Shown: piece by piece, positions 52,334 to 64,000 of the stretch
Position numbering within the stretch: position 1 is the first letter of the stretch
Layout: the number at the start of each line of letters is the position of its first letter
Assembly: GCF_009914755.1 (NCBI RefSeq)
Contig: NC_060930.1
DNA from: the human T2T-CHM13v2.0 reference genome, Homo sapiens
DNA length: 64,000 nucleotides
Strand: one strand, 5' to 3'
Translations under genes and position numbers: made by a program
The notes under the pieces: generated by a model
Databases searched by the model: none
The model's input: the letters and a program-made list of their open reading frames with translations, nothing else
Told to the model about the DNA's origin: nothing

Positions 52334-53677
52334 CCTGCCTTATTTTGTTTGAGCACTTCCTTATTTTCTGGCACTACAAGATGATTCAGGCCATCTTGTA
52401 TATTTCCTCACCAAGTCTTAGGACCAGTTATTTCTCCAAAGATCCCAGATTCATTTTATTCAAGAATAGAGTATTAGAAAACCAAGGTATATAACTGCCT
52501 CTAGGTCCTCTCAGCAGACAGACCTGGGAAATACATGTATGTATACTAACTGTTTTATATATATATATAATTATTTCTATATTGATCTATCAGCATCTAT
52601 ATTAAGCTACATATGAGTTTATAATCATGTCTCCAACTGTAATCCAGTACCACATGGCTCATTCTAGCCTTGAAAAAAGTATTTTAAAAGCTTCAATGAT
52701 TATAACTACATGAGACCGACAAGAGAAAAACTAGCAGCTAGCATGGGCCTCATTGGCCCAGGGGAGAGATTTTGTATGACTATTTTGAGCAATTCCTAGA
52801 AATGGAATGGAAGGAGCCAGTTCTGGAGCAAGGTGACTTATTGACTGCATCTAACATGCTGTGGCAGGCATTAAATAAATACTCACTCTAGGGCCTGGCA
52901 TTAAACAAAGAACTAGGATAAATCTAAAATTATGGACCTTATCTTCTCTCCCACGTATTTATTGAACGAATATTTGTTGACAGCCTACTAGGCGCAAGAT
53001 TATGCTCTGGATATGCAATAGTGAACAAAGCAAGCATTCCCTGCCCTTCAGGAGCTAGACTATAAATGAAGAGAGAGAGACAGTAAACAAATATAGACAC
53101 ATATAAGTATATGGTTACAAACTGTGCTGTGGGATATGAAGGAAGAGAACAAGAGCAAGACTAAAGGGGGTACTCAATTTGGACTTGCAGTCTGGTATCG
53201 TGTATTTTGCTTCCCCTGAGAATAGGAGAAAAGGCTTCAATTTTCACAGAAAGGTTTAGATTTGGGCATTTCCTAATACAAAGGATGCTAAATGTTAGAG
53301 TGCTTTACCAACAAGAAGTAGAGTACATTCTACTTTGCCTTTTTGAGGAGGGCTAACTGGTAGAGAAGTGTTATTTTATTAATGCTTTTACTACAAATTG
53401 TTTTCAGTTCTGCATTTCCAGGTTGGGGGAGGGAGCCAGATGCCACACTGGTGCCTGGGTTCTTCATGTGGTTTGCCTCAAGAAAACTAAAAAGCAAGCT
53501 ATTTATCCCCAGTGTTTACAGGAATCTCAACCGGGTTACATAAAAGAAGAGATGTATTTGCATGCAGCAACATAGAAATAGAAATGACATTCCTATCTGC
53601 TGACAGGGAAACTTTGCCTAATGTCACTTATTACACATACAATGTCTTTTGTAAACTCTCCTAACATGCTTATTAAA

Positions 53678-53680
<3 letters not shown>

Positions 53681-53730
<50 letters not shown>
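53681..53730. repeat. (GT)25 microsatellite
   Basis: Perfect dinucleotide run. Confidence 0.98.
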
Positions 53731-53733
<3 letters not shown>

Positions 53734-54319
53734 GAGAAAACCTGGGAAGTGGTTTGATAATTATAGCCCCGAGTTAACATAGCCTACCCCCACATGCTTA
53801 GTTCCAGTTTTCAGATTCCCACTGCTGGTGATTAGTACCCCTGTGGACCATCCTGACCACATCTTTGCCTTCTTGATACTTATCTTTCAAACCTAGCAAT
53901 TATCAGGCAAATCTTCGCTACCACCATAGCATTCAGAACCTCCTGACCTTACAGACTTGCCAGGACTCAGCACTAAGGAGCTTTGATTCTTCTTGCTGTG
54001 CTGCTGAGAGCTGTGTCTTCTATATTAAGATTGTGCAAATCACATTCCAAAGAATGCCCACTTCCAAGCTGTATGCAGCAAGTACTTGTTTATAATTTAT
54101 GTGATATTATTTTGTCGTTCATATTTCCCTCTTCTTTTCTTCCTTATCCTATATCACACTTGTAATTGTTTAGCTACTCTGCCCCTCCAAATTACATTTC
54201 TCCCTGCTTCTAAGCATTGTATTTACTTTTTCGGGGGTCAGATTTGAGATGCCATTCACTCTCTCTCTTGTCAGGGATGTTTCTCAATTCCAAGTGTCAT
54301 TGCCTTCTTGATTTTGCTA

Positions 54320-54810
54320 GGAGGCAGTTTGGTGTAGCTAAGGGCATGGGCTTTGGGGACAGACTTCATTAGCTGGAATCCTGACTTGCACTCAGGAGCT
54401 ATAAAATCCTTAGGGAAAATTTACCTTCTTTGAGCCTCAAGTTCTCATCTGTTTAATGGCAATAATAGTATATATCTCTAGGTCATTAAAAGGATTCAAT
54501 AAGGTAATATTAGGACAACGTCTGGCATACAGTAAGCCTATGTAGATGTTAGTGACCATTATAATCGTAACCATGCACTTCCCAGGAGCAATGCGACTTA
54601 AGGCTATGAAAGTCCACTCTGAGTCAGACTTCCTGGATTTGAGTCCTAGTATCAACAACTCCTTGCTGTATACACTGGGCAATTTAATCTCTCTGAGTCT
54701 CTGCTTTCCTCCTCTGAAAATATAGATACTAATTGTACCTTTCTCATATGGTATTTGTAAGAATTCAAATGAGATAATGAATATAAAGCACATGAAATGA
54801 GCCCTGACAC
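54320..54810 (+). mobile_element. Two tandem MIR SINEs
   Basis: Two MIR cores (tgagcctcaagttctcatctg; ctctgagtctctgctttcctcctctgaaaa). Confidence 0.75.
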
Positions 54811-54870
54811 ATGATTTTTTAAAAAAAGATCCAAATGGAAATTCTGCAACAATGAAATTACTAAAACTGA

Positions 54871-55173
54871 GGCCGGGTGCAGTGGCTCATGCCTGTAATC
54901 TCGGCACTTTGGGAGGCTGAGGTGGGCAGATCACTTGAGGTCAGGAGTTCAAGACCAGCCTGGCCAACATGGTAAAACCCCGTCTCTACTACAAATACAA
55001 AAATTAGCTGAGTGTGATGGTGCATGCTTGTAATCCCAGCTACTCAGGAGGCTGAGGCGGGAGGATCACTTGAACCCGGGAGGCACAGGCTGCAGTAAGC
55101 CAAGATTGCACCACTGCACAGCCTAGGTGACACAGCAAGACTCTGTCTCAAAAAATAAAAATAAATAAATAAA
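54871..55173 (+). mobile_element. AluS (Sx/Sz-like)
   Basis: Full dimer with (AAAT)n tail; TSD taaaactga. Confidence 0.95.
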
Positions 55174-55920
55174 TAAAACTGAGAACTCAATAGATGGGTT
55201 AGCAGAAGACTAGATTCAGAAGAAGAGATAATTCTTGAACTGCAACATAAGTCACTAGAATATATTCAGATTAGAGCACAATGAAAAAGAAGTGTAGAGT
55301 ATACAAAAAAAAGGATTAAAGGCATATGAGATTTAGAGAAAAAGTCTAATGCATTGGTATTTGGACTCCTCCAATTGAGAAGAAAGAAGATAAAGCCGAT
55401 GTAATATTTGAATATCTGTTAAATGTTGCATAATTAAATATTCCTCAGTTTCCCAAAACTGATGAAAGGCGTCAAATTCTCAAGAAGCTCCAGGAATTCC
55501 AAGAAAGAGAAATGCTACGAAATCCATACCTGGCCATCAGAGTAAAACTGCTGAAAATCAAAGACAGAAACTTCAGGAAGTAGCCAGTGAAAAAGAGATA
55601 TATTATCAATAAAAGAGCAACAAGAAAATTTCTATTTGACATTTGAACAGAAATTATAAAAGCCAAAAGAGAATGGAATTGTATTTTTAAAATGAAGGGC
55701 CAACCTGGAATTCTATATTTCAAAAAAAATCATAAAGTTGGAGAACTTATATTATTGGGATATGAAGTTTATTTTAAAGTCAAGGTAATTCAGGTAGTGT
55801 AGGTATTACCTAAAAACAGGTGAATAGGTCAATGGGGAAAAATAGAAAGCCCAGGAATAGAATAGAAAGTCCAAAAACAGGCCCACACATACACATTTAC
55901 TTTATTTATGACAAAAAGGC

Positions 55921-56432
55921 TATTGTGGGTTGACTTGTGTCCCCCCAAAAGATATATACTGAAGTCTTGACTCCTGGTACCTCAGCATGTGACCTGCTTT
56001 GGGTATGGGGTGGATGCAGATATAGTTAGTGAAGACAATAAGGTCTTAACCAAAGTAGGATGGGTCCTTAATCCAATATTACTGATGTCCTTATGAGAAG
56101 AATGACATTTGAGCACAGATACAGACACATGGGGAGAGAAAATTACATGATAATAGAGGCAATGATTGAAGTGATGCATGCAAGCTATGGAATGTCAAAT
56201 ATTGCCAGCAAACCACCAGAAGTTACAAAGAGGCATGGAAGGATTCTCCACTGCAGGTTTCTGAGGAAGCACGACAACTTGCTGACAACCTGATTTTGGA
56301 CTAACCTCCAGAGTTAGTCCAAGACTAACTTGAGTTTGGACTAACCTCCAGAAGTTTGAGACAATACATTTCTGTTGTTTCCAACCACACAGTTTGTGGT
56401 GCTTTGTTACAGCAGCCCTAGAAAAATGATGC
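55921..56432 (+). mobile_element. MaLR solo LTR (MLT1B/C-like)
   Basis: gtgggttgacttgtgtccccccaaaagata...tttctgttgttt...tttgttacagcagccctag. Confidence 0.82.
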
Positions 56433-57070
56433 AATGCCATTGCAATAAAGTGAGAATAATGATCCTTGAATAAATAGTGACAGACAAATTGAGAATCCAT
56501 TTTTTATGGGAATCATGATCCTTGAAGAGTGACAGGCAAATTAAGTATCCATTTTTTAATTATCTTAATATTACACTAAAGAGGATAAAAGTTTTACTAC
56601 AAAAGATAACATTATATCTTAATATTTATGAGTGAAAATAATCAAGTAGTCAATAAACACATGAGAAATACTTAATGTCATTAATTTTTAAAGAAGTAAA
56701 AACTAAACCACAATGAGATTCTACAGCATATGTCTCAGATTTTAATTTGGCTAAAATTAAAAATAAGCCTGACAATACCAAGTGTGGGGATGAGGGCAGT
56801 TGGAACGCTCATACACTGCTGATAGAATTGTAACTGCTATAGCCACCTTGGAAAATGATGAGGTAGTGTCTACTAAAGCAGGACTTACACATGTTCCAGT
56901 GATCCAGAAACTCCACTCTTAGGTATATATGCAAAAATGCAAAATATGTATACCAAAAGACATGCATAAGAATGTTTATAGCAGCATTATTTCTAATAGT
57001 AAAAAAAAGATAAAAATAAAAAAACTAAAGCCTATTTTCCCTACAGTAAAATGGATTTAAAAATTTTCTA

Positions 57071-57445
<375 letters not shown>

Positions 57446-57700
57446 ATACATAAAGCTTAAAAGAGGCAAGTTAGCTTATCATGACAGAAATCAAAATGAT
57501 GATTATCTTAGGAAGAAGGTTACTGCGTTAACGGACACAGGAGAGGCTTCTAGGATACTAGCAATGTTCTATCTCTTGATTCTGATGGTAATTCAGTGTG
57601 TGTTCCCTTTATAAAAATTCACTGAGCTGTGATCTTCTGATTTGCACACTACTTTTCTATATGTCTGTTATTCAAAGATAATGTTTATAAAAATAATACA

Positions 57701-58238
57701 TGTGAATTAATTATCTTTTGCTCTGTAACAAATTATCTGAAAACTTAGCTTGAAACAGAACACATTTATTATCTGACAGTTTCTATGGGTCAAGAATCCA
57801 AGCATGACTTAACTTGCTCCTCAGGCTCTGGGTTTCTCACAAGCTATGGTAACCTCAAGGCTCAACCAGGAAGGATCTGCTTCTGAGCTCACTCACGTGG
57901 TTGTTGGCAAGATTCAGTTTTCTGCAAGTTGCCGAACCGAGGCCTCAGTTCCTCATGAGCTGTTTTTTTCCCTCCACTCTTTGCCATACAGGTGTCTCCA
58001 TATAGCAGGTCAAAACATAGCAACAGAATGTGCCCACAAGAGAGGGTGCTAGCAAGATGGAGGTCATGGTCCTTTGTAACTTACTTGTAGAAATGACATC
58101 CCAACGCTTTTGCCATGTTTTATTCATTAAAAGCAAGTCATTGGGTCCAGCTCACACACAAGGGTGAGGATTACATAAAGGCATGGGTGCTAGGAGGCTG
58201 GGATCGCTGGGAGTCATTTTAGAAGACTACATACCACA
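57701..58238 (-). mobile_element. MaLR LTR (MLT1D-F-like)
   Basis: ctgtaacaaattatc...tttctatgggtcaagaatcc...gttgttggcaagattcagtt...gagtcattttagaagac. Confidence 0.75.
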
Positions 58239-59148
58239 GTATATTACCACTTGGAGCAAAGAACAACAACAAAATATAAACAAGTATTTATGAGTGGCTG
58301 CCCTTCCCTGTACATTTCCAAATGCACAGGATAAAGTCAGTCAGACAGAACTCTGTGTGAAATAGAAAGGTCTCCATTCCTGTTTTACTTTGGTTGTGTA
58401 GATGGAGTGATTGTGACTTTTAACTGACCACTGTTCTTCTCCCAAAAGAAATTAAATTAAATTAAATTATAAAGGGAAAAAACTATATCCACATAAAAAA
58501 GGGGCAGAATACTTTGTTTTAATGGTTTTTGAGGAGACTCTGCCCAGTAACAAATGTTCTTACTTATCCCACCACCCACTTGAAAAGCAACTGGCATTTG
58601 GGGAAAGAATGGTGTTGTCTGGCCTATTGCAGGAAGCCTCGTTTTATAGGAATGCAAGCATTACTGTGGAATAGGGAAGAAGAGAAAGAAAATGGGAAAA
58701 TGGCCATCAACAACTGCTTTTAATGGAAATGGTATGAGAGCCACTCACCCTCTTCTACATGGTTTTGAGTCAGTGATCCCCAGAGAGCAAATCTGAGGCT
58801 GCAATGAAAAGACTTCATTTGAGAAAGCCTGGTCTGCAAGTTCTGTCTTCTTTGATGCCTCTTTGAGGGGGAATGTTTCCATTGTGTGTGGGTTTTTGAT
58901 ATGTAGCTTTGAAAAGAATACTAAATCCTTCCATGAAAAGGTTGAATATTGTGCTTTTTGCTGAGTAAAGAGAGTTGTTGTTTTTGAGTAAGACTGAAAT
59001 CCCACTCAAAGTTCTCATTTATTCATGATCTGCCACTTCCTCAAGAGGCACATAAATGCACCCTTCCTTTTATTTATTTCTTTTCCATGGAGGGCCTGGC
59101 CATTCTGTTGTTTAATAAGAACAGAAATATAAGACTAAAAGAGACTAA

Positions 59149-59464
<316 letters not shown>

Positions 59465-60495
59465 GCCGGTAAGATTTTTTGAAGAGTGAGGAAAAGATTG
59501 AGGCAGGGATGTCATCTCACTAGGCTAGAGGCATGATGTACTGAAGTTGGAGACAGTGGAGGCTGAAGTCTGCAAAGACCACGCTCCATGCTAAATTCTC
59601 TCACTCCCAGTGCAAGAAAATCCAGTGGAAATTACAGTACCATGTTAATGCACAGAAATTCAGCTAACCAGACCCTTCAAATAACTGGAATTGTCTGGTG
59701 CTCAGCACTATAGGAAAATAGTAAGAAAGCAAGTAAGAGCTAGGGTTTGTTTACACAGCATGCTGTATGGCATGGTCCAGCAAAAGGACACTATTGTTTT
59801 GTGCTTCCCAAACTTGGCTGAAAATCAAAATTACCTGGTGAGCTGTTTCCAACTTAGAGTTCTACAACCTCATCTAAATCTACTATATCAGAATCTCTAG
59901 GAATGAGGTGTGTGAGCATCAGTGTTTTGAGAAAAGACATTTAAGTGAAAGTTTAAAAAGTATTTTAGTAGGGAATACAAACACACTTTCTCAATGCAAA
60001 GCAAACAGAGACTTCCAGATTACAGTGATAATCTAGGATCACAGACCTTCCACCTTAGAGTCCCAGTAATTGAGGTAATGTAGAAAATTTCAATTGTGCA
60101 GATAATAGCCTGAATCCTATTCATTTTATGAACATGAGGTCCAAGGGAAATAGAGTGTCCCCTAATTACCAACCTTTTGCTGATAATTTCACAATTATTT
60201 CTATGCCACTTAATGGCATTTTGTTATGTTCCTTAAAAGCTCCCTGTTTACTACATTTTACAAGATATATGTCAGTGCTTAAACTGTCCATTGAAGGGCA
60301 CAATTAAACCCTCTCTAATTACACTTTCCATACAGTTGCCATCTCTGGCTGTCCCATTTTCCAAATGGAAGCAATCTGTCTCTCTCAGTCTTTCACATGT
60401 GCCAGGTAATTGGAAATGGGGCAATTTTAACTTTCCTAGAAACATTTACTTTTCAGCCTTTGGACTTCAATTTCCACTCCTCATAGTGATAATAG

Positions 60496-60971
60496 TATAG
60501 GGTGGAAAGATTTCCTTTCCTCAACACATCCCTAGGTACATGGCTGAGGCCCCATAACAAAGGACAGATTCACAAGAGAAAAGCATACAAATTTATTTAG
60601 TATAAGTTTCCTGTGACACGGGAGCCTTCATAAGGAAATGAACCCCCAAAGAAACAGGGAAACCTGTGTATTTTTTACGTTAAGTGTGATGAAGAAATGA
60701 ATAGTCAGGGAGATGTGCAATTGGACAAAGAGGGTATCATCTAATGGTAATAAACGAGGAAGAACTTAGGAAGGTCTGTTTTTCACATCTTCTCTGTGTC
60801 CTTGTGTCTTCAGAGATAAGGATGTTCCTTTCCTCTAGTATAGGGAGAGCACCTCTCAAAGGAAAGTCTTATGAACTGCTTCAGGAGAGAATGGCAAGGG
60901 GAAGGTGAGGGTGACCTTCCTGCTTCTACTGTCTTCTCAAATGCCAAGGTAATGTGTCCTAAATTCCATCA
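60496..60971 (-). mobile_element. MER39-like ERV1 solo LTR
   Basis: Reverse complement starts tgatgg...aggacac...cttggcatttgagaagacagtagaagcaggaaggtc. Confidence 0.75.
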
Positions 60972-62009
60972 TTGGTTTGCTGCCTCCCGGCTTGTGTCTG
61001 CCAGGCTGGGCTGGAAGGAACTCTTCTTTCTTTTCTCTCTTTCAAGGGGGTGGTAAGCCACAAGCACTCTGGGAAGCCTGTTCAGGAAGTCCTCCTTAAC
61101 ACCCATCAGGAAGATCTTTCTGTCTAAACTAGATAAAAAATACATTAAGAAAAGCTCATCTCCTCTGCTTCCATCAAATAGCACTCATTCTCAAGAACTG
61201 CACTGAATCATTTAAGCATGTGAAAACAGTATAGACAAAGAAACTTCCTTAAAGTCCTCATTCACATTCATTAACCACCAGATTTCTTCCAACCGGCAGA
61301 TTGTATTTTTCAATCAGTCTGAACAAAATTGTATTCAGCATCACTGTTGATTCAAACACAGAACGATTTCACACATCCAGCCTGACATGGCCACACTAAG
61401 CACACATTACCCAGATCAGTTTCTCTTTAATTTAGCATCTGCACCAGCCTCAAAGTTATGGGCTACTTTCATGCAGCTGCTCAACAAAAAGAAACAGAGG
61501 ATATAGGTAACAGGCTTCATTCTTTGCAAAGCATTTTAATTAGGGTCCACATGCCTGATGTGATGGGTAAAGACCAGGAACTTGGGAGTAGATGTATTTG
61601 GAGTCCTCATTTGCCATCTTCTTGCCATGTAATCAAGGGAAGTAACTTGTTCTCTCTAAACCTTATTTTTATCATTTGTAAAACAGAAGCAATCCACCCA
61701 CTGATTCTTAGTGTTGTTATGAGAATACAGTTAGAAGAATGCAACAGTGCGTTATAAGCTGTCAAGGGTCATCAAAGTGTATGGAGTTGTAACTGGCCAC
61801 CTGTTTGGTTTTCCAACTATGCTAGTCTATATTTAGTGCTTGTGACCAAATTGTTTCATTTTTCAAGATTTCCCTAGCAAATAGTTTATGCATGAATCGT
61901 GGATCAAATGATAGGGTGGGGGACGGGAGATGTGGAAGTGAAAGTCATCTACCACTTTAGTGGATAATTATTTATTTAACAATATGTCCTCGTTGTGAAT
62001 CTGTCCTCT

Positions 62010-63075
62010 ATTAATTTCATTATTTATCAAATATATATTGAACACTTGCTGTATGCCAGGCACTGTCCTAATTCATGGGAAATGTCAATAATTAGAAACA
62101 TATCCATAATATATTGCACTGCATACATATTATGTGGCACATGGTGAGAAATGCAGCTAAGGAAGATAGAGGGTATTCAGTGCTATTTCACACAGCGAAT
62201 TGTGGAAGTCTTCTCTGATAATGTGGTATCGGAGCAGATTTCTGAAGAAAAGTGAGAGTCACAGGGCTTTTTGGTAGAAGAATATTTAAAGCAGAGGAAA
62301 CAACAGTATGAATGTCTGAGTCAAGGATGTGTTTGGAGCATTTGGAGAATAGCAAGGATGCCTGAGGCTGGAGCACAGTGAGGAAGACAGTGACTTGTAG
62401 GGAGAAAGATCAGAGGAGTAGCTGGGGCCAAGTTGGGTAGGGCCAAATAAATCTTTGTAAGGATGTTGGTTTTTAGTTTAATGAAATGAGAAGCCACTAG
62501 GGGATTTTTAGCTGAAGAGTGGCGTGATCTGACTCAACTTGTTGAAAAAAACACTCTGGTTGCTGTGTGGGGAATGTTTGGAAGCTGGCAAGTTAGTTAG
62601 GAACCACTGTGTAATCTAGGCAAGGGATGATAGTGGCTTAGAATGGGGTGGTGTTGGAAGAGGTGGTGAGATGGTGTCAGGCTCTGAACGTCTTTCGAAA
62701 GCTTGACAGGATTTGCTGATAGTCAATAGGCAGTGTGAGAGAGAGACACAGTCAGGGATAACACTGCGATTTTTAGCCAGAGAGCTGGAAGTTTGAATTT
62801 ACAACTTACTAAGACGGGAAGACAGTGGTGAGTAGGTCTATAAGGTAGAGGGAGAAACAAGAGCTCCATTTTGGACATATTGAGTATGAAGTGCCTATCT
62901 ACATCCATATCAGGGAGAGTGGGCATTTGGATAGATAAGCCCAGAGTTCAGTTGCAGAGTCTGAGTTGGATATGGGAACATGGGGTCTTTAGCATCTGGA
63001 CACCTTTAAAGCAATAGGAGCAGATGAAATCACCCAGAGAGTAAGGTCAGACAGAGAAGAGGAGATGTCTGAGCA
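62010..63075 (-). mobile_element. L2 3' region (about 1 kb)
   Basis: atttatcaaatatatattgaacac...gccaggcactgtcc; aagccactaggggatttt; gggatgatagtggctta; ttttggacatattgag. Confidence 0.8.
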
Positions 63076-63476
63076 TTTTTCTGTTTCTATTTCTAAAATT
63101 CCATCTAGTTTTTAAGAAAATAACCTTCAGGGAGCCATTATCATGTACTTAGAGACTCCTCCATCTGGTATAAGACTTCTACCACACTGGCACAACCCAA
63201 GTCCCCAACCTTATGTCTCCTTCCTCCTTACTTGTTAAAGTATGCTCCAAACAGATATCACTGACCATTTCCTGAATCTTACCTTACACTTCCCTGCCTT
63301 TACACCATTATATGTCTTATTTTATTCACCAGGACAGGTCACCCAAATTTTGGCCTATGAGATACCACCATTCTCCCAAGGCCCAGTTGAAATCCTATGT
63401 CCATGATGGAGTGACTCCTATTCTAGCATAACCAAATCTGACCTCCTGCTCTTTCTTAGTAACCACTCTATTCATT

Positions 63477-63977
63477 TGTACCCATGGCAGATGCAGTTTA
63501 GATTACTTGGCACTCACCCTAGCCCTCTTCTGAGCTACTTTTTTGTACTGAAGAAGCTGGAAGACTAAAAAACTCCTTCTCACCTATAGGGTTTCCACCT
63601 ATGATCTAGGTTCCTTGAGTGAGCGCTGGGGCTCACATCAGACTTGGAAGGCAGAAGTGGCCACTGTAAAGTAACATCTACACTCAGGGAATTTGGATAT
63701 TATGGCAGAGGAATTTTATTCTCTGGAGGCATTGGGTAGAGTCCCTAGGGTCTTACTTAGGTGTTGCATGGGGGACAGTAGAGGCCACAACAGTGTGGTT
63801 TCACTAAATGGTTTTGCAGTCTTCTTGCGCATTTCTTCTGGCTGTGCAGCACCCAACCTGGTTTCCCTGGTCTGTCTAGAAATTCTGTAAGTGACTTAAT
63901 ATTCTTTCATAACCCCTTTACTACTCAAAGTCAATAGATTAGATTCTGATATTTGCAATTAAACCTCCTGACCGATA
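63477..63977 (+). mobile_element. ERVL LTR (LTR33-like)
   Basis: gaagctggaagactaaaaaac...atgatctaggttcc...gattctgatatttgcaattaaacctcctgaccgata. Confidence 0.55.
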
Positions 63978-64000
63978 AAATACCTTTCTTAAATATAGTA

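Larger units (their letters stand above)
48890..52670 (-). mobile_element. L1MC-type 3' region, interrupted by THE1 elements
   Basis: Typical L1MC 3' end (ataatttagatttt...attaacatctta) continuing after each LTR insertion. Confidence 0.7.

Noticed and set aside
61934-61943. GGAAGTGAAA ETS-IRF composite motif
   Set aside because: A single 10-mer with no supporting cluster could occur by chance.

Overview
This is primate (AluY-bearing, probably human) non-coding DNA, either intergenic or deep intronic. I find no credible cellular protein-coding gene, tRNA, rRNA or CRISPR array. The longer ORFs in the track come from Alu, L1, MER52 or THE1 sequence. Most of the window is interspersed repeats: about 11 Alus or Alu monomers, young and old L1 pieces, L2/MIR, MaLR elements (two THE1 proviruses plus solo LTRs), ERV1/ERVL solo LTRs, and hAT/Tigger MITEs. 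Repeat-poor islands at about 6.3-6.6 kb and 28-32 kb look regulatory. The most notable signals are structural. (1) Five separate template-switch or templated-insertion scars lie between 33.8 and 56.4 kb, including inverted copies of 50 bp and 90 bp taken from 1.2-1.4 kb away. (2) An Alu plus an L1 3' end sit inside a single 16-bp TSD, suggesting a chimeric retro-insertion. (3) A THE1 internal ORF of about 444 codons is broken by a single extra base. (4) Two back-to-back THE1 proviruses and a solo LTR carry five intact DUX4 motifs. I cannot support a claim of a new gene system. Repeat subfamily names come from recalled consensus sequences, and boundaries without TSD support are approximate; RepeatMasker/Dfam should confirm them.
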